The notes under the pieces are model-generated. The model worked only from the letters and a program-made list of their open reading frames with translations. It was not told the DNA's origin and did not search any database. The position numbers and the translations under genes were made by a program. This document shows positions 6,760-13,458 of a stretch of 15,825 nucleotides of DNA, piece after piece. Source of the DNA: a virus (lineage: Duplodnaviria > Heunggongvirae > Uroviricota > Caudoviricetes); the IMG/VR virus record IMGVR_UViG_2778261180_000007; one strand, given 5' to 3'. Each line of letters starts with the position of its first letter. Positions within the stretch are counted from its first letter, which is position 1.

Positions 6760-7490
6760 GACAGCAGTCCTCTGGCCTTAAGCTCTGCTCCCTGCTGGTC
6801 TATTTTGTCCTGCCACACCTTGCGCTGTGCCGGTGTGCCTGCCACCTCATAATCCATGTGCGGGAGTGTTGCCGCTGACAGTCCGGTCAGCCGGAGAACC
6901 GGCTCACCGGTGAGGCTGATTTGCATCTGTTTTATTTTCTGTTCCAGCGATGATTTCACCTGCTGCATGACAGCCTTTTCCGGTGCGACGTAGCCCTGAT
7001 GGCCGGTGGTGTTGGCGAGCGGATTTTCCTGTACCAGGATGCTCAGATGCATTGCCCGGACAAGCACCTCACAGGTTTCATTCAGGGCGTGTTCCAGCTC
7101 ATGCTCTGCATACAGACTCAGAAGGTGATGATGTGCCTTCCGGTAGGCGGTGGCCGTGCTGTCACACGCCCCTTTCAGGCGTTCACGTTCAAAATTCAGC
7201 ACCACGGCCAGATTGTCATATTCCTGTACCAGCTCCCGGCGTGCCACGCGCTCAATGTGGCGCTGTTTCAGCTCGTCGCTCAGGACACCACCGGCTGCAC
7301 GAAAGGCCGTGCGCCAGTCGTCAGCGTCGTTTCCGTCGGCCTGCGCCAGCGCATTTTTTTCCTGCTCTGCCCGTTCAATGGCCGTGACGGTCTCATCCAT
7401 CAGGCGGGCGTTCTCAAGATGGGCGGCTCTGGCCTTTTCCAGTTGTGCCAGCGCGGGTTGCAGATATTCAGGGATGGTGTTGTCAGACAT
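6756..7490 (-). CDS. sid: Sid (capsid size determination, external scaffold), P4-like
   Basis: 244 aa from the ATG at 7490, which is preceded by AGGAG (MSDNTIPEYLQPALAQ...). The ORF track's earlier ATG at 7556 lacks a Shine-Dalgarno and would overlap the promoter region. Confidence 0.8.
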   Translation of the reverse strand: MSDNTIPEYLQPALAQLEKARAAHLENARLMDETVTAIERAEQEKNALAQADGNDADDWRTAFRAAGGVLSDELKQRHIERVARRELVQEYDNLAVVLNFERERLKGACDSTATAYRKAHHHLLSLYAEHELEHALNETCEVLVRAMHLSILVQENPLANTTGHQGYVAPEKAVMQQVKSSLEQKIKQMQISLTGEPVLRLTGLSAATLPHMDYEVAGTPAQRKVWQDKIDQQGAELKARGLLS

Positions 7491-7562
7491 TTTCCGGCTC
7501 CTCGTCACTTCAGGTTGAGAAAATTGTGACGTACACCGGACAACAACACGACGCATTGCAGA

Positions 7563-7580
7563 TGTGCCAGCCCTGACACA
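7563..7580 (-). promoter_or_regulatory. candidate Delta/Ogr activator site (TGT-N12-ACA) of the sid late promoter
   Basis: TGTGCCAGCCCTGACACA. Its centre is about 82 bp upstream of the sid ATG, compatible with a dyad centred near -55 and a ~27-nt leader. Confidence 0.35.
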
Positions 7581-7659
7581 GGAGACTCATCCTCAGACCG
7601 GCAAGCCAGGAAAAGGTCGCAGGAAAAACCGGCTTACTGTTTGTTTTTTTATATTTTAC

Positions 7660-7763
7660 TGTTCACCTCTGTTCACCATAAGAAAAAAGATAAGTAATAC
7701 AGTAAGTTAAAGGGTGAACAATCGCAGTAATGACTGTTCACCGTCTGTTCACCACTGTTCACC
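7660..7763. repeat. iteron cluster: six copies of the P4 type-I octamer TGTTCACC; candidate alpha-binding origin
   Basis: TGTTCACC at 7660-7667, 7670-7677, 7735-7742, 7746-7753 and 7756-7763; inverted copy GGTGAACA at 7713-7720. Flanked by a T-rich tract (7641-7657). Lies between the divergent sid and vis promoters. Confidence 0.7.
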
Positions 7764-7922
7764 CGTTGATGGGCTTTTTGTGCTGTTTATTACTGTTTGT
7801 TTTTATTAATTCGCCGGGAATGAATAAGAAAAAACGATTTGTATTTCACTATAAAAATTACGAATTGCTTTAAGTGGCTTTAAATGACTTTAAGTGGAGA
7901 TGAACAAAAAACACACAAGCAT

Positions 7923-7940
7923 TGTAAGGCTGCCGGAACA
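7923..7940 (+). promoter_or_regulatory. candidate Delta-dependent late-left promoter activator site (TGT-N12-ACA) upstream of vis
   Basis: TGTAAGGCTGCCGGAACA. Centre is about 111 bp upstream of the vis ATG, and about 395 bp upstream of the putative early promoter. Confidence 0.3.
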
Positions 7941-8042
7941 AATCCCCCCTGTTGCGTCTGCTGAAAATATTCACAAAATAAAACGCTACCCGAAGCCGGA
8001 CGGACTTATCCGGTGCTGTATGGACATTAACGAGGTAGCCCG

Positions 8043-8309
8043 ATGCAAGCTGTTTTTTCTTCCCCGTCTCCTGCCCCTGTGACGCCACTGATGCCGCTGC
8101 CGGACATCACACAGGAGCGTTTTTTACGTCTGCCGGAAGTGATGCACCTGTGCGGCCTGTCACGCTCGACCATCTATGAACTCATCCGTAAGGGGGAATT
8201 TCCGCCGCAGGTGAGTCTTGGCGGTAAAAATGTGGCCTGGCTGCACTCTGAAGTCACCGCATGGATGGCCGGCCGCATTGCCGGACGCAAACGGGGGTAT
8301 GACGCATGA
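8043..8309 (+). CDS. vis: Vis/AlpA-family DNA-binding regulator (excision and late-transcription control)
   Basis: 88-aa ORF, the size of P4 orf88/Vis. AlpA-type helix-turn-helix core [48 protein letters not shown] lies 7 nt upstream of the ATG. Confidence 0.8.
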   Translation: MQAVFSSPSPAPVTPLMPLPDITQERFLRLPEVMHLCGLSRSTIYELIRKGEFPPQVSLGGKNVAWLHSEVTAWMAGRIAGRKRGYDA

Positions 8310-8896
8310 TGATGCCCGCTCTGCAAAAACTCCCTTTTTCTGGCTTGCCTTTTTCCGGCATTTGCGGATATAGTTTTTCCGTTGCCGCAAAATCGGCAGC
8401 CGGGCGTGAGAACCCGTGTAACTCGAAGGCGACATATGACGCGCCATGCGTCTTTTTTTGTGTCGCAATCAACGCCACAGAGCGCCAGATTATGGTGTGG
8501 CGTGTGGTTTGCCGTGCAGGTATGATCCTGTTCGCAATCGCATGTTATGCCACTGAGTCAATGGTAGCTCAGGCGGGGCAGCCTCCGGGCTGGCCGGTAT
8601 TCTTCGAGGCCGGTATTCTCACCCCCGTCTGGGCTATCGCCATCGAGCGTGAGAACTCCGGCGATAGCAGTTATTTGCTACTCGAAGGAGGCTGCCTTAT
8701 GGCTACAACCCTTACCCCCTCACACCCTGAATTTGTCTTTGTGTTTGCGGCTGTCCGTCGCGCAGACCGTCATCCCCGTATCTGTATGCTTCGCACCGTC
8801 GCCGGTGATGAACGCAGTGCCCGCCGTTCCCTTGTCCGTGACTATGTGCTCTCCCTTGCTGCCCGTCTGCCGGTGGTGGAGGTGTCCCGTGCGTAA
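8306..8896 (+). CDS. eta: eta-like long ORF (194-196 aa, three consecutive ATGs) enclosing kil and spanning the immunity region
   Basis: Open frame from an ATGATGATG start that overlaps the vis stop (ATGA). Matches my recollection of P4 eta: about 197 codons, three candidate start codons, kil nested in the same frame at the 3' end. Coding status itself is uncertain. Confidence 0.4.
   Translation: MMMPALQKLPFSGLPFSGICGYSFSVAAKSAAGRENPCNSKATYDAPCVFFCVAINATERQIMVWRVVCRAGMILFAIACYATESMVAQAGQPPGWPVFFEAGILTPVWAIAIERENSGDSSYLLLEGGCLMATTLTPSHPEFVFVFAAVRRADRHPRICMLRTVAGDERSARRSLVRDYVLSLAARLPVVEVSRA
8345..8374 (+). promoter_or_regulatory. candidate early promoter (PLE-like)
   Basis: TTGCCT (8345-8350), 18-bp spacer, TATAGT (8369-8374); alternative -10 GATATA with 16-bp spacer. 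Lies just upstream of seqA. Confidence 0.3.
8406..8687 (+). promoter_or_regulatory. P4-type RNA immunity region: seqA (8406-8428), seqB within a candidate CI RNA (8602-8622), seqC (8649-8687)
   Basis: seqA GTGAGAA...CTCGAAG and seqC GTGAGAA...CTCGAAG are each complementary to seqB CTTCGAG...TTCTCAC (reverse complement GTGAGAAtaccggcCTCGAAG). seqC runs into the GGAGG Shine-Dalgarno of kil. Confidence 0.45.
8699..8896 (+). CDS. kil: Kil-like small protein (65 aa)
   Basis: ATG at 8699 preceded by GGAGG that overlaps seqC. 65 codons, the size I recall for P4 Kil. Shares frame and stop with eta. Confidence 0.5.
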   Translation: MATTLTPSHPEFVFVFAAVRRADRHPRICMLRTVAGDERSARRSLVRDYVLSLAARLPVVEVSRA

Positions 8897-9176
8897 TAAA
8901 AAAGCCCCTCAGACCGTCTCAGCACGTCATGACGCCCGTGAACACCTCAGCATTGAGGCTTACCATAAGCTCAACCGCGCCAGCGCCGTATCCCAGTTTG
9001 TTGGGGGTGATTTGATTCACCGTGAACTCTCCGGCCTGCATCAGCTCTACATTCCGCATATTTTCAGCTACCTGAATGAAGATATTGATTTTGTGCTGAA
9101 TGAGCTGAAAGCCAAAGGCCTGTGCCGCGATTTTCTCGCCCAGCAGAAAGACCGGGGAGACAGGACGCATGTTTGA
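8889..9176 (+). CDS. Eps-like protein (95 aa), candidate helper-derepression factor
   Basis: GTG start at 8889 preceded by GGAGG and overlapping the kil stop. Stop overlaps the start of the orf151-like gene. Assignment is by position and size relative to P4 epsilon. The ORF track's longer form (from 8649) lies in the immunity region. Confidence 0.5.
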   Translation: MRNKKAPQTVSARHDAREHLSIEAYHKLNRASAVSQFVGGDLIHRELSGLHQLYIPHIFSYLNEDIDFVLNELKAKGLCRDFLAQQKDRGDRTHV

Positions 9177-9624
9177 TTTTCCCCAGCCCGGTGAGATTTA
9201 CCGTTCTGCCGGTTTTCCCGATGTGGCCGTAGTCGGCATTCTGGAAGACGGTATTCCGTGGGAAATGCCGTACCGCTGCCCGGACATTGTCTGGAACCCG
9301 TACCGCCGTAAATTCAGTATTCTTGTGCGTATCCTCGCCGACGGGCGCACCACAGACATCCCGCTGGGGCGTTTTCTGCGGGAATTTACCTGTGACCGTC
9401 CTGACCTGTTTAAACGCAGCCCCGTAAACCGGCATGCGGTACTGAAAGAAATGGCCGGAGACCCGGAATTACAGAAATGGCGGGAGAAATATCTGGATAT
9501 TTACCCGCAGGAGCCTGTTCCGGTCAGCCGGGCGGCACCGGTGGCGCGGGAATGGCGGGAAATTCCCCGCACGGAGCCTGACCCGGAAATCACCCCGGAT
9601 AACAGTTACCGCAATTATCTGTAA
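9169..9624 (+). CDS. P4 orf151-like hypothetical protein (151 aa)
   Basis: Size and position (between eps and alpha) match P4 orf151. Start overlaps the upstream stop. Confidence 0.7.
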   Translation: MFDFPQPGEIYRSAGFPDVAVVGILEDGIPWEMPYRCPDIVWNPYRRKFSILVRILADGRTTDIPLGRFLREFTCDRPDLFKRSPVNRHAVLKEMAGDPELQKWREKYLDIYPQEPVPVSRAAPVAREWREIPRTEPDPEITPDNSYRNYL

Positions 9625-9759
9625 TTAAAAAACGACACCCGAAAAATTAAATGTGCGTATTCGCGCAGGGATACGCACGTCTTCAGGAGACGCAGATATG
9701 CCTTATCAGTTAATGCAACCGGCACGGAATGCAGTCATCTGTCACAGGGAGGAAAGCAA

Positions 9760-10080
9760 ATGAAAACACCCTTACCGCCCGTCTTACGCGCTGCCCTTTA
9801 CCGTCGCGCTGTCGCCTGTGCCTGGCTGACCGTGTGCGAACGTCAGCACCGCTACCCGCATCTCACCCTTGAGTCACTGGAGGCGGCCATCGCCGCTGAG
9901 CTGGAAGGCTTTTATCTGCGCCAGCACGGTGAGGAAAAAGGGCGTCAGATAGCCTGTGCCCTGCTGGAAGATTTAATGGAATCCGGCCCCCTGAAGGCCG
10001 CGCCGTCGCTGTCCTTTCTCGGGCTGGTTGTGATGGATGAACTCTGTGCCCGTCACATAAAAGCGCCGGTACTGCACTGA
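9760..10080 (+). CDS. P4 orf106-like hypothetical protein (106 aa)
   Basis: GGGAGG lies 7 nt upstream of the ATG. Sits directly upstream of alpha. A 21-codon upstream ORF overlaps its start. Confidence 0.65.
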
Positions 10081-10094
10081 AGGAGAACAACACC

Positions 10095-12428
10095 ATGAAA
10101 ATGAACGTAACCGCCACCGTCAGCCATGCACTCGGCCACTGGCCGCGTATTCTCCCGGCGCTGGGGATTCAGGTGCTGAAAAACCGTCATCAGCCCTGTC
10201 CGGTCTGTGGCGGGAGTGACCGCTTCCGTTTTGATGACAGGGAGGGGCGCGGCACCTGGTACTGCAATCAGTGTGGTGCCGGTGACGGCCTGAAACTGGT
10301 TGAAAAGGTGTTTGGTGTTTCCCCGTCCGACGCGGCCGCAAAGGTGGCTGCCGTGACCGGCAGCCTGCCCCCGGCTGACCCGGCAGTGACGGCCGCCGCC
10401 GGTGCTGAAACAGACGCTGCCCGGAAGAACGCCGCCGCACTGGCACAAACCCTGATGGCAAAAACCCGTCCCGGAACCGGTAACGCCTACCTGACCCGCA
10501 AGGGCTTTCCCGGCCGGGAATGCCGGATGCTGACCGGCACACACAGAGCCGGTGGCGTGAGCTGGCGCGCCGGTGACCTTGTGGTGCCACTGTATGACGA
10601 CAGCGGCGAACTGGTTAACCTTCAGTTAATCAGTGCTGACGGCCGTAAGCGCACCCTGAAAGGCGGACAGGTCAGGGGCACCTGTCACATCCTTGAAGGA
10701 CAGAATCAGGCCGGAAAACGTCTGTGGATAGCGGAGGGATACGCGACCGCACTTACCGTGCATCACCTGACCGGTGAAACGGTGATGGTGGCGCTTTCTT
10801 CCGTGAATCTCCTTTCTCTGGCCAGCCTTGCCCGGCAGAAGCATCCGGCCTGTCAGATTGTCCTTGCTGCTGACCGTGACCTCAGCGGTGACGGCCAGAA
10901 AAAAGCCGCCGCAGCCGCAGATGCGTGTGAAGGTGTTGTTGCCCTGCCGCCGGTCTTCGGTGACTGGAATGATGCCTTCACGCAGTACGGCGGGGAAGCC
11001 ACCCGTAAGGCCATTTATGATGCCATCCGGCCACCGGCTGAAAGCCCGTTCGACACCATGAGCGAAGCGGAGTTTTCCGCCATGAGTACCAGCGAAAAGG
11101 CCATGCGTATCTATGAGCATTACGGCGAGGCGCTCGCGGTTGATGCCAACGGCCAGCTTCTGTCCCGTTATGAAAATGGTGTCTGGAAGGTGCTGCCACC
11201 ACAGGACTTTGCCCGGGATGTGGCCGGGCTGTTTCAGCGGCTGCGCGCGCCGTTCTCCTCCGGGAAGGTGGCCTCCGTGGTGGACACCCTGAAGCTGATT
11301 ATTCCGCAGCAGGAAGCCCCCTCCCGCCGCCTGATTGGCTTTCGTAACGGCGTGCTCGACACGCAGAACGGCACGTTCCACCCGCACAGTCCGTCACACT
11401 GGATGCGCACCCTGTGCGATGTGGATTTCACCCCACCGGTGGAAGGGGAAACGCTGGAAACCCACGCCCCCGCGTTCTGGCGCTGGCTTGACCGTGCCGC
11501 CGGTGGCCGTGCGGAAAAACGCGACGTGATTCTGGCCGCACTGTTTATGGTGCTGGCAAACCGCTATGACTGGCAGCTCTTTCTGGAGGTGACCGGTCCC
11601 GGCGGAAGCGGCAAAAGTATCATGGCCGAAATAGCCACCCTGCTGGCCGGGGAGGATAACGCCACGTCGGCCACCATTGAGACGCTGGAATCCCCGCGTG
11701 AACGTGCCGCGTTAACTGGCTTCTCACTGATACGCCTGCCGGACCAGGAAAAATGGAGCGGCGACGGAGCCGGACTCAAGGCCATCACCGGCGGCGATGC
11801 AGTGTCCGTTGACCCGAAATACCGGGATGCGTACTCCACGCACATCCCGGCGGTGATTCTGGCCGTGAACAATAACCCGATGCGCTTCACCGACCGCAGC
11901 GGCGGCGTGTCACGCCGGCGGGTGATTATTCACTTCCCGGAACAGATAGCCCCGCAGGAGCGCGACCCGCAACTTAAGGACAAAATCACCCGCGAGCTGG
12001 CGGTCATCGTGCGTCACCTGATGCAGAAGTTCAGCGACCCGATGCTCGCCCGGTCACTGCTTCAGTCCCAGCAGAACTCAGACGAGGCACTGAACATCAA
12101 ACGGGATGCCGACCCGACGTTTGATTTTATCGGCTATCTGGAAACCCTGCCGCAGACCAGCGGCATGTATATGGGGAACGCCAGTATCATCCCGCGTAAC
12201 TACCGTAAATACCTCTATCACGCCTATCTGGCCTACATGGAGGCAAACGGCTACCGGAATGTACTCAGTCTGAAAATGTTCGGGCTGGGGCTGCCGGTGA
12301 TGCTGAAGGAATACGGGCTGAATTACGAGAAGCGCCATACCAAACAGGGGATACAGACCAACCTGACGCTGAAAGAGGAAAGCTACGGCGACTGGCTGCC
12401 AAAATGTGACGACCCTGCAACAACCTGA
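10095..12428 (+). CDS. alpha: Alpha: P4-type primase-helicase replication protein
   Basis: 777 aa, the size of P4 alpha. AGGAG Shine-Dalgarno. N-terminal zinc motif CPVCGGSDRFRFDD...CNQCG. Toprim-like EGYATAL and AADRD. Helicase Walker A VTGPGGSGKS. Iteron arrays lie on both sides. Confidence 0.9.
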   Translation: MKMNVTATVSHALGHWPRILPALGIQVLKNRHQPCPVCGGSDRFRFDDREGRGTWYCNQCGAGDGLKLVEKVFGVSPSDAAAKVAAVTGSLPPADPAVTAAAGAETDAARKNAAALAQTLMAKTRPGTGNAYLTRKGFPGRECRMLTGTHRAGGVSWRAGDLVVPLYDDSGELVNLQLISADGRKRTLKGGQVRGTCHILEGQNQAGKRLWIAEGYATALTVHHLTGETVMVALSSVNLLSLASLARQKHPACQIVLAADRDLSGDGQKKAAAAADACEGVVALPPVFGDWNDAFTQYGGEATRKAIYDAIRPPAESPFDTMSEAEFSAMSTSEKAMRIYEHYGEALAVDANGQLLSRYENGVWKVLPPQDFARDVAGLFQRLRAPFSSGKVASVVDTLKLIIPQQEAPSRRLIGFRNGVLDTQNGTFHPHSPSHWMRTLCDVDFTPPVEGETLETHAPAFWRWLDRAAGGRAEKRDVILAALFMVLANRYDWQLFLEVTGPGGSGKSIMAEIATLLAGEDNATSATIETLESPRERAALTGFSLIRLPDQEKWSGDGAGLKAITGGDAVSVDPKYRDAYSTHIPAVILAVNNNPMRFTDRSGGVSRRRVIIHFPEQIAPQERDPQLKDKITRELAVIVRHLMQKFSDPMLARSLLQSQQNSDEALNIKRDADPTFDFIGYLETLPQTSGMYMGNASIIPRNYRKYLYHAYLAYMEANGYRNVLSLKMFGLGLPVMLKEYGLNYEKRHTKQGIQTNLTLKEESYGDWLPKCDDPATT

Positions 12429-12440
12429 CCCTCATGACTC

Positions 12441-12800
12441 ATCTGACCGGCATCTGCCGGTCTTTTTTCATCCCTGAATCCCCCGAAGGTGAACAATCCA
12501 CTGTTCACCCTTCACCGTATATTCACCCGTTATCACACTGAAATTAAAAGAGAAAAATGAAAGGTGAACAGTGTGAACAATCAAATCAAAAAAAACTTTT
12601 TTCTCCCTGTGTGATTTCAGTACGGGGGATTAATCACCGGTATGAGTCACACCGGCAGAATGCCGGAGGTGAAGAATCGAATGTTCACCCTTCACCCATT
12701 ATTCACCACCTATCAAACTGAAATAAAAGGAGAAAAAAGAAAGATGAACAGTGTGAACAGTTCTTCCGAAAAAAAATTTTTTTCCTGTACGATATAGCAT
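12441..12800. repeat. two tandem ~180-bp imperfect direct repeats with TGTTCACC/GGTGAACA iterons and A8/T6-7 tracts; cis-replication-region-like
   Basis: Unit 1: GGTGAACA 12488-12495, TGTTCACC 12502-12509, degenerate copies 12510-12528, GGTGAACA 12563-12570, GTGAACA 12573-12579, A8cT6 12588-12602. Unit 2 repeats this 180 bp later (TGTTCACC 12682-12689, A8T7 12769-12783). Each unit begins with a CCGGCA...TGCCGG hairpin. Confidence 0.65.
12445..12468 (+). terminator. intrinsic terminator of the alpha (left) operon
   Basis: GACCGGCA, loop TC, TGCCGGTC, then TTTTTT, 17 nt after the alpha stop. Confidence 0.55.
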
Positions 12801-12847
12801 CAATCCAAGTAAAAATGCGCTTTCATTTCACATTAACTTACAGCCAT

Positions 12848-12868
12848 TGGTATACGATTAGGTATACA
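12848..12868. repeat. third copy of the 21-bp TTGGTATACGnTTAGGTATAC motif (candidate arm-type site)
   Basis: TTGGTATACGATTAGGTATAC, 54 bp before the attR-like sequence. Confidence 0.4.
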
Positions 12869-12921
12869 CACAAAAACTGAATTAAACAAAATCATTAAAA
12901 ATCAAAGCAATACAATATTTA

Positions 12922-12943
12922 TTCAAACTCCGCCAGCCCACCA
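12922..12943. other. attR-like degenerate copy of the ssrA 3' end (TTCAAACTCCGCCAGCCCACCA)
   Basis: Aligns to the attL core TTCAACTCCCGCCAGCTCCACCA with three single-base indels. Lies immediately beyond the last P4-like feature and before the chromosomal autotransporter gene. Confidence 0.35.
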
Positions 12944-13070
12944 ATCATGATTGGACGGTATAAGGACAACACCAATAAAAACAGGAAGTTAGCAGTCTCA
13001 GCAGGACACCGACCAGACGGTGAAGAGACATAAAAGGATACGCAAAGGAGCCGCGGCTCCTGGTGACATG

Positions 13071-13094
13071 AAAGCCCACAGATGTGGGCTTTTT
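13071..13094. terminator. hairpin with T-tract just 3' of the autotransporter gene (orientation ambiguous)
   Basis: AAAGCCCACA, loop GAT, GTGGGCTTT, then TTT; A-rich on the other side, so possibly bidirectional. Confidence 0.35.
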
Positions 13095-13103
13095 CGTTGA
13101 TGG

Positions 13104-13430
13104 TCAGAACGACCAGTTCACACCAGCTACCCCGTTCCACGGGGATTCCACACCGGCACCATGGCTATACCCCACCCCAAGATGCCCGCTTAACGTACTG
13201 CTGAATGAGGCTTTAATACCTGCCTGGTATATTCCACGTCTGCCCGACAAATCATTGACAAAATTACCGTCACTATTCACTTTCACCCGATTATCATCGA
13301 CAAATTCTTTGCGCACAGCCGCCTTCAGGCAGGGTTCAATTTCCATACCGTTCCCCAGACGCATGTTGTAACTCAGCGTTGCACCCAGTTCACGATATAA
13401 ACTGCGGGTATCGACTGATTTCGATTCCAT
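13104..13430 (-). CDS. autotransporter C-terminal beta-barrel segment (108 aa), in a different frame from the upstream passenger ORF
   Basis: Ends ...GVAGVNWSF with a terminal aromatic residue, typical of outer-membrane beta-barrel C-termini. Separated from the passenger ORF by a stop and a frame change at 13431-13461. Confidence 0.5.
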   Translation of the reverse strand: MESKSVDTRSLYRELGATLSYNMRLGNGMEIEPCLKAAVRKEFVDDNRVKVNSDGNFVNDLSGRRGIYQAGIKASFSSTLSGHLGVGYSHGAGVESPWNGVAGVNWSF

Positions 13431-13458
13431 GCCATTGGATAAATGATATTCAGGGTTA

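Larger units (their letters stand above)
1038..12943. mobile_element. P4-like satellite prophage (~11.9 kb) integrated at the ssrA 3' end
   Basis: Contiguous P4-type module order int - cargo - cos - psu/delta/sid - iterons - vis/eta/kil/immunity - eps/orf151/orf106 - alpha - iteron repeats, bracketed by ssrA-derived repeats. Protein sizes match P4 (88, 65, 151, 106, 777, 244, 166, 190 aa). Confidence 0.8.

Noticed and set aside
6291-7529. ORFs antisense to or overlapping delta and sid (6291-6518 -, 6983-7387 +, 6999-7529 +, 7150-7518 +)
   Set aside because: Lie within the recognisable sid and delta genes; Arg/Pro/Ser-rich translations characteristic of GC-rich off-frames.
7525-7542. Third TGT-N12-ACA dyad (TGTGACGTACACCGGACA) as the sid activator site
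   Set aside because: Its centre is only about 43 bp upstream of the sid ATG, too close for a site centred near -55; the dyad at 7563-7580 fits better. It may still be a secondary site.
6756-7556. Longer sid form starting at the ATG at 7556 (266 aa)
   Set aside because: The ATG at 7490 has a strong AGGAG and gives the 244-aa P4 Sid size; the extension would overlap the promoter region.
7870-8088. Overlapping ORFs 7894-8082 (+) and 7870-8088 (-) between the iterons and vis
   Set aside because: Region carries the candidate late-left promoter dyad and vis leader; no convincing ribosome-binding site or recognisable protein. Kept as non-coding, with low certainty.
8160-8478. Minus-strand ORFs 8160-8468 and 8254-8478
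   Set aside because: Antisense to vis, eta and the immunity region; no support.
8649-9176. 175-aa form of the ORF ending at 9176
   Set aside because: Its N-terminal part overlaps the seqC/kil immunity region in another frame. The internal GTG at 8889, with GGAGG and stop-start overlap with kil, gives a 95-aa product that fits the P4 layout.
8919-9435. Minus-strand ORFs 8919-9170 and 9064-9435
   Set aside because: Antisense to the eps-like and orf151-like genes.
9863-12338. ORFs antisense to or off-frame within the orf106-like and alpha genes (e.g. 9863-10117, 10053-10544, 10120-10590, 10626-11387, 10828-11061, 10978-11202, 11234-11431, 11335-11529, 11564-11890, 12078-12338)
   Set aside because: All lie within the recognisable 777-aa alpha gene or its upstream neighbour; GC-rich antisense frames.
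12441-12800. Possibility that the repeat region is a CRISPR array
   Set aside because: Only two long (~180 bp) imperfect units with internal iterons; no short regular repeat-spacer periodicity and no cas genes.
12919-13140. 73-aa minus-strand ORF spanning the attR-like site and terminator hairpin
   Set aside because: Covers attachment and terminator sequence; no ribosome-binding site; likely spurious.
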